Below, piece by piece: positions 29,501-37,100 of a stretch of DNA of 64,000 bases. Under the pieces are notes generated by a model, which was not told the DNA's origin, searched no databases, and saw only the letters and a program-made list of their open reading frames with translations. The first letter of the stretch is position 1, and each line of letters starts with the position of its first letter. The position numbers were made by a program, and so were the translations under genes. Source of the stretch: a virus (taxonomy: Duplodnaviria > Caudoviricetes); the IMG/VR virus record IMGVR_UViG_3300028591_000100, positions 64,001 to 128,000 of that record. The stretch is one strand, 5' to 3'.

Positions 29501-31776
29501 GGGACTGTTTGTGTTAGGAATATATTATATACATTAGAATCCATGTCAATTATCCATGATGTATAATCAGGAACTGTTCGATTACTAAAAGTTCTTATTG
29601 TATCTGTGTTTCCATCGCCTAAATTGTAATGGATATTAGTTCTCTCAGCTTTTCCATTAAACACATCACCAGAGTAAGCCCAAATTGTTTGATTGTTTCC
29701 ATTTGTTACACTAGCTGTAGGATTACTTTCTGTTCCTGTCTCAGCACCTGCATATGGTGACGATGTTCTCCATATTTTCATATAACCTATTTCAGTGTCG
29801 TCCACAGAATTTGGGTTGTGTAAGGAAATAAAATACTGATATCTGTAAACATTAGTTGCAGAAGCGCTATTTACACCCGCAGCCACATCTACTATAGAAG
29901 TCGTAACATTATAAGGATATATGTTACTATAATCAAAACAATAAGGCATAGTAGATTTCCAATAAATTTTTACATTTGTATCATACCAACCTGTAGAAAA
30001 AGGAGTTGAGTATGAACTAGAAGTGTAAGCTGAACAATGTGTGCCAGATAAACTTGTAACATTGTATTGAGGCTTATAAGTCGCATTAATTGTTCTATCG
30101 TCTGTGATGTCACTTAAATCATCCCAACCAAGTGAATAATTACGTACATTACCACTTGTAACAGTTGGTGCAACTGCTCTAGATGGTGTATCACCATAAT
30201 GTAATGTCTCTGTGGCGGTTGTCCATGTATTATAAGCGTCTTGCCAACGCCATGTAACTGTAAATGGATTTGGAGATTGTGTTACCTCCGCCTCCAAAGA
30301 ATCATCTGAACCTAAAATTTCAAATGTTTCTTCTCCGTTGTAAAATAAAATATCGTTAAATATATATGAATAATCATGATCAGCAGGTTGTGTTGTCCAC
30401 GTTAAAGTAATAACATCCTCTGTATAAGGGCCAACAGGATTTGGTCCTACTGTAACAGTATTTCCTGAAATAATAACTGCGTCTCCAATATGAACAGAAA
30501 CCTCACTAATTTCACTACCATACCGTGGGTCATCACAAGACCAAGAACCATAAGAACCGTTTAAATGTAAAGTTGCTGTTTCAATACCTTGTCGAGCCAC
30601 AGATGCAGTAGCTACCGCATCACCAGAAATAGTTGTAGCGCCTGTAATACCAATTAATGTGTAATTGTATAAGGCTGTATCCCCTGGAGTATTAAATGCT
30701 ATATCATAAGCCTGATTGTCGTATTCAGGAACATAATCTGTTATAGCTATTCTAGTTGGGTCTTGTGCACCATCGTGGTCGTACCCATAAGCAATTTCTG
30801 TTCCTGTATGAACAAACACGATTGGATAATCACTTGACTCACCATCTAGGTGAATATGACCAATTTCGTCCCCCCTTGATGTATATGAGTCCCATTCTCC
30901 ATAATTTTGTACTAAAGCTAGTTCATATGGGTTTGGATAAATTGTTATAGTCCAATCTGTATTACTAGTAGATAAAACTGTTTCATCTGTAAAAGTCTCT
31001 AGCACTTCACTACGATCGTCTATATCTGAGTAGCCACGTAAGTTCCATCCAGTATTACTTTCTGTTTTACCAGACAAAACATCTCCATAGTATACATACT
31101 CTGTGACACGACCTTCTGTCGTATAAAGCAAAGGGCTTGATTCGGTACTTAGCTCTGCATGTTGATATGGTGAGCTAGTTCTCCATACTTTTGCATAACC
31201 ACGAGAAACACTTTGGTCAGCTTGATATGGGCACCATAACTCAAGGTCATACCCCCATCTTTTTACAAGATTTGCTGAACTACTGTTGACACCAGGTACT
31301 ACATCAACGGTCTCCCACTCAATAAAGTTATCGCCTGTCCAACTATAACAATATGCAGCAGTGGCATACCAATAAATTTTATCGGTTGCACGATGCCAAC
31401 CTGTTGTAAACGGTGTTGTCCATCCCCATGCTTGATAAGCATTACAATTTGTTCCATTAAGCTGTGTAACATTATATTCTATGTGATATACCGCATTAAT
31501 GGTTCTATCCTCTGTTACAGGAGATAAGTCATCCCATGCGTCAAATACTTGTCTAATATTGCCGTCCACAACCGTAACAGCTGGGTCACGAGATGGAATA
31601 GCGCCATCATCATATTCTTGCGTAGTGGTTGTCCAAACACCATAAGATGCCTGCCAACGCCATGTAACCACATGGGTCCCTTTCCATAAAACAGTTCCGT
31701 CATGGGTAACTTGTTTTACTTCTTTCATTACCCCGTTAACGGGGATTTTCCATTTTTTCACTTTCGAAAAATCCAT
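20506..31776 (-). CDS. Giant (3756 aa) repeat-rich tail fibre/adhesin
   Basis: T/S/G/Y-rich beta composition; InlB B-repeat-like units (TVTWKNWDG..TPTR..YTF..W) and several other internal repeat families; lies downstream of the tail genes. Confidence 0.8.
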   Translation of the reverse strand: MDFSKVKKWKIPVNGVMKEVKQVTHDGTVLWKGTHVVTWRWQASYGVWTTTTQEYDDGAIPSRDPAVTVVDGNIRQVFDAWDDLSPVTEDRTINAVYHIEYNVTQLNGTNCNAYQAWGWTTPFTTGWHRATDKIYWYATAAYCYSWTGDNFIEWETVDVVPGVNSSSANLVKRWGYDLELWCPYQADQSVSRGYAKVWRTSSPYQHAELSTESSPLLYTTEGRVTEYVYYGDVLSGKTESNTGWNLRGYSDIDDRSEVLETFTDETVLSTSNTDWTITIYPNPYELALVQNYGEWDSYTSRGDEIGHIHLDGESSDYPIVFVHTGTEIAYGYDHDGAQDPTRIAITDYVPEYDNQAYDIAFNTPGDTALYNYTLIGITGATTISGDAVATASVARQGIETATLHLNGSYGSWSCDDPRYGSEISEVSVHIGDAVIISGNTVTVGPNPVGPYTEDVITLTWTTQPADHDYSYIFNDILFYNGEETFEILGSDDSLEAEVTQSPNPFTVTWRWQDAYNTWTTATETLHYGDTPSRAVAPTVTSGNVRNYSLGWDDLSDITDDRTINATYKPQYNVTSLSGTHCSAYTSSSYSTPFSTGWYDTNVKIYWKSTMPYCFDYSNIYPYNVTTSIVDVAAGVNSASATNVYRYQYFISLHNPNSVDDTEIGYMKIWRTSSPYAGAETGTESNPTASVTNGNNQTIWAYSGDVFNGKAERTNIHYNLGDGNTDTIRTFSNRTVPDYTSWIIDMDSNVYNIFLTQTVPGVGENLIENLDELPREQQFEMRLPNIGAGTYSLDFTVSNNISGTYSIIDETNSVVLQENIPFTQGANHRVVDVDAEYYEREHGIVDVEISRLSIYLENESGTDAIISAAVLSRGAYWNWDNYTTVAGTTSLVPVVIAHYGATITYDATSDPYITIYDADNDGPTNYTIDFTIPTTTGYSWAFDSFSGPDEVDGDVTVNAAVARHSSIEVDVELYVEPSQDPEYISAEFGHWEDENGDEISSTYITACVGDAIIVSNNTITIGPNPVGPYSEYVHTYTWVTATSPTEYTYTFNRLGFAKYDAQEDEWIPTTEVPEEGVASRAIAYITVTPNPFTVSWHYQTAYGTWTTVTDSTTYRYGDTPSRANPSNVTGTNARDINGSWDNLTPLTESIMARTIEAQYTRQYNVTSLAGTNCSAYTSSTHTTPFTVGWYNAGTVIYWLASAAYAFNTNNLDSDNSTVVAGVNSNSAPYVKHWDYRIALGGTCSGYMKVWRTSSPYQGATEGSTESDPLLYTTNGYAVATVYYGDILSGKAVANTGYNFGLDNDDNLKTFSGRTVTGSPDSWHEYTEPNTYELELQCNYGEWDWEYYDRLNGEESDYPIVEVHYGTTITCEDNTITISDDRTKYGESPYTITFNAPSDTSDFSYEFLNITAPSIITANAVAIASVARLGSHTATIVCEGDRGHWIDSDGNEQIDILAYDGDYVDISGSSITVGPNPAGSWSDFVHTYTWITDSSDSAETISFDHIEFTVDGEQTNYAVANEQVAASEYRPMNLAYAYCNVTSNPGKVYVTAGTGVTSVYTSTSATATSGHASGTYTYPGDTLVYVFAVVQAGYHRPGNAYPRWELISGTEYEDGAIYRVDYWSIAGDKDSGTINAVINTYTLSGTYTNGSVSFKNANNQVITSASYGDTITCIGTGNTGYNSTSTTKILNPTNFTLNYSSNPWTASISLGAAARIYGSLSQGNLPTGVASITCYRKPWDGNSYSLFTSGRIYYGDQFYWVATATTGYNNPTVTYGSSSNPYTWTGSQGGSITSVSASGLVAGSIKRFTVTWKNWDGTTLETDSNVAYGSTPSYDGATPTRARTAQYTYTFSSWSPEQTTVTSDQTYTAQFSSTVNKYTVTWKNWDGSTLETDTNVPYGSTVSYDGATPTRPTDNVGVYTFHYWTGSDTVTGNLTKTAQFDIDYFEYDLVLSSNYLGDYSSDRGPWRCFNPDLHDYTEYFPDPSRDPEDPSSGYYYFKVHYDTYYTFEWQSGNLYLMLENATLYYRDTSGDDNWIAQGQFEFYLELPELSGYTYGFAGISGISWGYHAFNSTTPTIIAQIARLGDQQVTVNLDDGLYGHWEDSNGDTISSITALNGDYVSISGATVTVGPNPVGEWSEYVHTYTWVLDTTETSQYNISFNHIEFTADGEPASYVNPDSSDNLITPYCTETPKPGRAYIAAGTGVSSVYLSTTSTATSGAASGTQLYNGGDIVYGFAVVETGYVIPSSWTQISGSKYRVDWWEIAGDVNFGTINLDRISGRLSQGTLPTGVSGLTCKRKPWNGNSYSTFTSGTIYYGDKFYWEASATTGYYNPSLTYYDSSHAYSFTGPNSASLTSVATSGLSAGGRRTWSLTITKGSNMSKVYYKVGSEAQVEVTTSATLSSLDYSTSVVVTGTAQSETPYNYGTPTGTGTFSYSSSSETQSTTVQCTRTTKSYTLTISTTNPSYGTYSVAREASPYEGASTGALSNGATIYYGDKLVGTSSGNGVSYGAWSVTSVTTPTVTSTGDATTGNITVKNNDSNTVTLYYNTTNTTGGTSLGDATSGATKSKTGLSFSTTYYCSAARSRTRDKYNDTAASGNYTGTNSVTGNVTASFSFSRAVSEESGVIYSSVASHTTAARNSYVLTVNRNYYKITGVNSASSSTTAETAWTHTYYYGESYSYSYAKTGYTTQSVSGTITGTTTKSLVLSPTQYTLGKVLTNWTGAWYTTTNYSSTITWRYYGYAAYFRATPNAGYYADYGSTHYYTGVYYTDSVEATSTSNASVGLVASALGQYTLTINVTNSSYGTYSVSRTYTESGQGTGVLSNGATIYQNDVLSGTSSGNGTSYTSWSVSSVTAPTVTSTGASTTGNITVKNNDSSTVTLYYNTSNAAGGTSLGSTAAGGTKTKSGLSFSTTYYCSAYRQATRTKHVDSKSNDNYTGTNGVSGNVTASFVFSRSDTTEYQDVWSSVTSHTTAARNTYTVTWKNWDGTTLETDSNVPYGGSASYGGSTPTRPTTAQYTYTFRSWSGSSSYVTSNVTRTAQFDETLRDYAITVTAQYLSDYSAQGISPWINQTLGGIGFPNDEWTMRAYYGTSVSVSDITFRLNEVMYYYNSGYDRTDTADFEGYLPQDDGNYSYSFNGISGITDGGQITGNTTIALLVSRVGREITVYLSGSYGYWQGYNEGYIEITAHYGDPVSVSGNRVTIGSTTYTWVTSSGDSHYTYSFDYISNDTGESIVTDGCGFSVQVNEIPKSGAVTVTAGTGVSSIFLSTDGFATSGSPSGTTYPGGTRVYVFAVAAAGYYSTEYCTGGTQYDTGAIYRVDFWDVAGPTGGSTYSLTPNPTVKWTGTNATATLNGSAMTSGTAYSVLYNSSPEIYVTSNSWYYISSYSASSATVAEAAPPVTVNNSNVFSVYKFTYSNITAGKTMSTTTTAYYSLSTSFNGMPYSGTITYPNGTVESISTTTSDFTKYYSKGTLNYSLTVMSKEVYAPSAGTVTSYGKLANGYYPYGYPADDRIITGYTAWGPPTINVFTDSLTGNWLGSGNAYHRVEFSYLGTDNDNHRLAVTQTNSSAAYISGINLPTTIKNTSTGASVASSSNRLVICPYSYRSAGALVVNATGFTISPATFSFGDSSSSPKTVNVTYAATSWTIALMGGQYYPVLSNGYSYMSFNYTDTSGVAQNAVITGRNQRLTITGKGQMTVKCMYASGGSSHDGWLSQGVMTSSCIGDEWSEDIGWAIGSDNVDSVTITPVSGKTYACFSD

Positions 31777-31793
31777 ATTGTTTTTCCTCCTTT

Positions 31794-32798
31794 TTACGAA
31801 TTAGTTATAGGGAACGTTCTTAATTTTACGTTTACATCAGAAGTGGTTCCGTCATTGTTTTTAACAGTGAAAGTCCATGTTTGGAATGTTCCCACATTTC
31901 CATCTGTGATTGCTGAATAAATTGCAGCTGCATCTGCCCATTGTGTGTTTGTAGATTGACTATTAATAGTGTTGGTGTGGGCTGATTTTGGCACATATGT
32001 ATCGGCAGCATCATCTGTTGTTAAATAATTACCTTTTGGTTGATAATTAGTTGAAACATATGTATATACACCACCACTTGTAATCAAAGCAGCAGAACCT
32101 GGTGAAACATCATCAGTGGTATTTAATTTAATTTCTAAAGTATAAAAAGTAATTGTATTTGTGCTTGTATTAATAGCTCCTACCCACCAATCTGGGACGT
32201 TATTTTGAATAACAGGAATAATATCTCCCACCTTCAAATTTTTTAACAAAATATCGATAGGATTATTATCTGAATCTAACATAACAGTTCTAATTTTAGT
32301 GTTGTTATTAAAAGGAATCTCTATGCTTAGATGTGCGTTATCATTAAAATTTGAGTTAACTATATCTGTTCCTGTTACTTGGTCATCGATAACATAATTA
32401 TTGGTCTTACCTTCAGCTATTTCTCTGATATTTTGAAGTGCTGTATATACACCACCAGATGTTACGGGTTTAGTAGACGAAGCAGTTGGTGCTGTATCAA
32501 AACCTGTAGAGTCAGTTGTGTACTTAAATAAAAAATCAGACCGACTATAATTTGAAGCTGCAACTTCACCGCTTGAACCTTTCATTAAAAATTTGCCTTC
32601 TGAAACCTGAGCCCACGCGTCTGCTACCAAAGCAACTTGGCTTTGATTAAATGAAGCAGTATGTAATAAGCCATCATTGTCAATATAAATCATTTTACCA
32701 TGATTCCGTGCAATATCAGTAGCAATTTGCTGCACCATTTCATATGCGCGATCTATTTGTTCACCACTATAAGGGCTGACATATTTATCACTAGCCAT
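31794..32798 (-). CDS. Putative tail/baseplate-associated protein
   Basis: Two TSGGVYT repeats and YQPKGNY, typical of tail-fibre-associated proteins; SD GGAGG. Confidence 0.6.
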   Translation of the reverse strand: MASDKYVSPYSGEQIDRAYEMVQQIATDIARNHGKMIYIDNDGLLHTASFNQSQVALVADAWAQVSEGKFLMKGSSGEVAASNYSRSDFLFKYTTDSTGFDTAPTASSTKPVTSGGVYTALQNIREIAEGKTNNYVIDDQVTGTDIVNSNFNDNAHLSIEIPFNNNTKIRTVMLDSDNNPIDILLKNLKVGDIIPVIQNNVPDWWVGAINTSTNTITFYTLEIKLNTTDDVSPGSAALITSGGVYTYVSTNYQPKGNYLTTDDAADTYVPKSAHTNTINSQSTNTQWADAAAIYSAITDGNVGTFQTWTFTVKNNDGTTSDVNVKLRTFPITNS

Positions 32799-32848
32799 GT
32801 TTTATTCCTCCTTATTATAATAAATTTGTATGTATATATCAAATTATA

Positions 32849-34108
32849 CTATATATTCATTGTTTCTATATTAGTTGACAAATTTAGCACATTAGAAAAA
32901 CTTATACTCATTTGTCCACTTGTATCTAAATTAAAAGAAATAGATTGCAACAAAAATCTTTCTTGAGTTAACTCATAAAAATCACTACTAATTGTAATTA
33001 AATTGTTTACTGCCAAAAAAGGATTAAATAATATAGTAGAATTTGATGTTGTTTTTAAAATTAATTTTTGTCTGAGTTCATACTCAGCTCTTTCTTTAGC
33101 CAAAACGTCAGAATAAATATTATTGTCATTAATAATATTTCCTGTTCGATATCCAACTCTTTGATAACACAAAGGAGATCTTTCATCATTATTGACAGCT
33201 ATAGCCCTATAAGCATACCCATCTTTAGCATTACCTACAACAATAATTCTGTTAACAATAGAACTATAATCATAATCAAAACTTAATTGAGTTAAATCTC
33301 CTTTGTCGGCATCAAATGAATATAATATAGGTTTATACTTGTCTTCTGTTACCTCTTGAGTTGGTATTATAGTTAAATGGCCATCGGAATTATAAAAAAT
33401 CTCAGCCGATAACTGAGTGGCTAATTCTAATAAAAGATCACCATATGTGTCACCAGCATTTTTTGTAATTGTTACTTGAGTTTTCTTTCCTTTTAAACTT
33501 TCGTGAAAAATTAACGCCTTTGTATCAAATACAGAACCATCACCGACTTCTGTTAGCTGAATAGATTTAATTACCTCTTCGATATCATTTCCCTCAGGAA
33601 TTTCATAGGTATCTGTAAGTCTACCAGTGGCGCCCTCAAACCAACTAAACTTATCGTTAGCGGTAATACCTACCTCCCTACCTTCGGGAGTAAGAGAAGG
33701 GGATGTTTTGGTTATAACAAAATACCCCTTTGTAAAAGTCACCGTCTCTCCTAGATACTCTAAGACAACGTCTAATCTTAATCGTGTCCCCGCCCATAGT
33801 TGATAGATATTTGGAGTATACTCCCCACTTTGGTTATATAATGTAAACGATAATGTACGTCTTTGTCCATTTTGGTAGTTCTCATTATAAGACCCTCCCT
33901 CTTTTATCATAGAGGAAGGAATCTCATAATTAATTGTTTCATCGGGATAAAGCACGTAAATTTTAAAAGTCGTAGAAACATAGTTTAAATCAATAGCTTT
34001 TTCTAAAGTTTGAATATCTGTATTTTGGTCAATATATAAGCCACCTTGTATAGAAAAAGGGATAATATCCCCACTAGATAAGTTGGCGTATTGTTTTACA
34101 ACACTCAT
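32849..34108 (-). CDS. Putative baseplate hub/tail tip protein
   Basis: Hub-like layout (EIFYNSDGHL, IVNRIIVVG, A..RA.YEL); position after the tape measure gene. Confidence 0.6.
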   Translation of the reverse strand: MSVVKQYANLSSGDIIPFSIQGGLYIDQNTDIQTLEKAIDLNYVSTTFKIYVLYPDETINYEIPSSMIKEGGSYNENYQNGQRRTLSFTLYNQSGEYTPNIYQLWAGTRLRLDVVLEYLGETVTFTKGYFVITKTSPSLTPEGREVGITANDKFSWFEGATGRLTDTYEIPEGNDIEEVIKSIQLTEVGDGSVFDTKALIFHESLKGKKTQVTITKNAGDTYGDLLLELATQLSAEIFYNSDGHLTIIPTQEVTEDKYKPILYSFDADKGDLTQLSFDYDYSSIVNRIIVVGNAKDGYAYRAIAVNNDERSPLCYQRVGYRTGNIINDNNIYSDVLAKERAEYELRQKLILKTTSNSTILFNPFLAVNNLITISSDFYELTQERFLLQSISFNLDTSGQMSISFSNVLNLSTNIETMNI

Positions 34109-34122
34109 ATTATCCCCTCCTT

Positions 34123-37100
34123 TTAAGATTGATGCTCAAGCTGATGTTCTCCTACATAAGCATATATAATATTTTCATCGTCTTTTGATATTTGCCCTAA
34201 ATATTGACCCTCACGGTCTGCGGGCACACTAATAGTACCGCCGCTTTGATATAGTAAATACATTGCGTACACATCATAAAGTCCTACATCGTCAAAAACC
34301 CATCGTAAATGAGTTCCAGATATATTCTGTGGAAACTCAGGTGGATTATCGAGGTCGATTTCAATATTAGTAATAACCACATAGTCTGCATTATATCCTA
34401 ATGAGTAATAATACACAGTATCACCATTTAAAGCTGAGATCGAAGAAACTTCAGCTCCCTCGCTGTCCTCCCAGTGGCCACTAATTGCGCTTGCTGGTGG
34501 AGCTGCAGTATCATCGTCTGGTGTGGTTTCAAGGTTTACAGGGTCCTCTTCTCCTGAAGTTAGTGTAACCTCACAGCTAAAACGGCCCTCTCTATAAGAA
34601 AATCCGATAACATTTTGAACAGACCCTTCCCATTGACCTACATAGTCTGGACCTTGAACGTGTCCACTGTCATATGTAAAATCTTCAGTGTCCTCATCAG
34701 GAACAAAATAGAAACGGCCTTGTATACGTCCATATTCCTCATGTGTATAGTATATTAGACATCCTTCATAATCTTCATGTCCAGGCACTCTTGTATCCTC
34801 ATTTGTGTACTGAATCGGCTCACCATATTCTACACCTGTAATTTGAGAAACAGGCGCAGGCTCTAGTCCCGATAACTCCTGTAAATCCTCATACCATGTG
34901 CCGTTCTGTGGTAAAAACTGGACGCTGTAAATAGATTGAAATATGGCAGTGTAAGTTACATCCTGTGTTACATTTGTTACGTCAGGTGTCCAACCTGTGA
35001 ATTCATATCCAGGTTTACTAGGTTCATCACCTGTATATTGCGGATACTCACCATAAGAATATGTTTGAACTAATTCGCCATCATCCCATTGCCATGTTAC
35101 TGTGTAAGTTCTAAGAGTTTTACTGTATTGTGCTGTGTATATTTTATTTTCTGTAGCCTTAGTTAGCTCAGGTTCCCATTTTGTAAAACTATAGGTATAT
35201 TCAGCTGTTGCCTCTCTAGTAGGGGTATTTGTTGGAACTGTAGGAATTTGATTATATTCTACAACTTCATCATAAAATCGTGAACCATCCCAATTTTGCC
35301 ATACAATAGTAAACCTATCATTTGGCGTAGAACCAAATTTAAACTTTGGCTCCCAAAGTTCTGAACCGTAGGCCTGCATTTCTGTTTGCAACTGTCCAGC
35401 GTCAGAATAAATAATCGTATTAAACGTATCGTCAACCTGCTTCCATTGGAAAGTGATAGTATCAGGTTGGTTTGTGTAAAAATTTTTTGGATTATTTGAG
35501 CTTGAAACAATTTGAACTATCCAACTTTGTCCTTTGATATCTTTCAATAGTTTAGGATTTTTTGAGTAAACAAAATCACGCCAAGCTGCCAACATTTTTA
35601 CTTTCTCATTTGTTGATAAAGCTTCTAATCTACTCTTCTTTAGTCTTTCAATATATTTAGCGTCTGTGCCTAAAACAAGTTCACTACCTAATAATGCAGT
35701 AACTTCGCCAGAGGCATAGTTTAGATTACCAAAACCCATTTTTACATATGTTCCCAATGTCTGAATATCTTTACGAGAAATATTTTGATTTTGACTACCA
35801 GTCTCTAATGAATACTTAAACAACCAAACTTGATCTTTATTAACTTTGTAAGCTTTTTTAATACTTGGAGTATCTTCAATATTGGTATCAGGGATTAATT
35901 CGCATATACTCCACTCATCCCATTGTGTAACAACAGGCGCTCCTGTTGTTGTAGACAGTGCAGTAGAGCCGCTCACTATCCTACCTTGGTTTGGATATTC
36001 AGCATTTTCCTCCCAAACATTGTATGAGTCATCACTGTTTGCAAAAATTTGCTCATTTGAATTAGCTAAATAAACACCCTCATCGATATCAAAAGACATT
36101 GTATCATTAGGGTATAACAAATATTGATATCGTTTCCCTGAAGTTACGTTATAATCATATAATGCTTTAAGCTCTGTTTTTAAAGCCACCAAACTCCATT
36201 CACCTTTATAAATACGTACAGCATCAACCATTTTTATAAATTTATACACCACTTTTTTGTCATCTACTTGAATTTCTATCGGTTTTTGCGTCTCATCTAA
36301 TTCATAATAATAATCTGTACGTTCATCTACATAAATAATATTTGGTTTACAATCCGCTACCTTATAACCATCTGGAGTCGGAATAGTAAAATACAACTTA
36401 CCTGTTTTAGACAACTCCTCTGCTCTGCCAAAAACCTTTAGACCTGGACGTTCATAAACTTCGTATTCCCTACGATAAATAGTCGCCTTATTACTGTTAC
36501 TACCTATACCCCGAGGAATATAGTCTAGTCTAACAGCATGATTATCGCAATCAAACTTTGCCGTGAAATTCGAAGCAGATGTAGCTACTGAACCTTTTTC
36601 TACTTCTACTTTGATTAGATAAATTAACTGATTCTTCTTCTCATCCTCCACCTCTAATACAACATAATAATTAGAGTTTTGTACGCTATCATTTGATAAA
36701 CCATAAAATACAGCTGCAATACTTTTATCATATTTTACCCCAGAATCTTGTAATAAAACACCATCAGCATTAAATAAAGTCCAACGATATGATTCCCATG
36801 ATAAACCATCAAACTGAGTATATTTAGCGCTAAATTTAACTGCACGGTCTAAAACCGCTGCACTATCGGTATAACTCTTAAATAAATATACTTGAGTATC
36901 GCCAGCAGAAGGCGTAACATTGAACTGTTGTAAAATATTTAGCTCCACCGTAGTCCAATATTCTTGATATAATGATGAATTTCTAAGAGTACTGTATTCT
37001 TGATTGTTTTTATATAAAATCAGATAAGGTGCTTCACATACAGAGAATGGGTTTTCGTCTGACGCCTTAAAATAGCTTCTGACCTCATATTTATAAGGTG

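Noticed and set aside
20506-31776. Diversity-generating retroelement or invertible shufflon acting on the adhesin
   Set aside because: No reverse transcriptase or invertase in the window; the repeats are in-frame direct repeats without adenine-specific differences.
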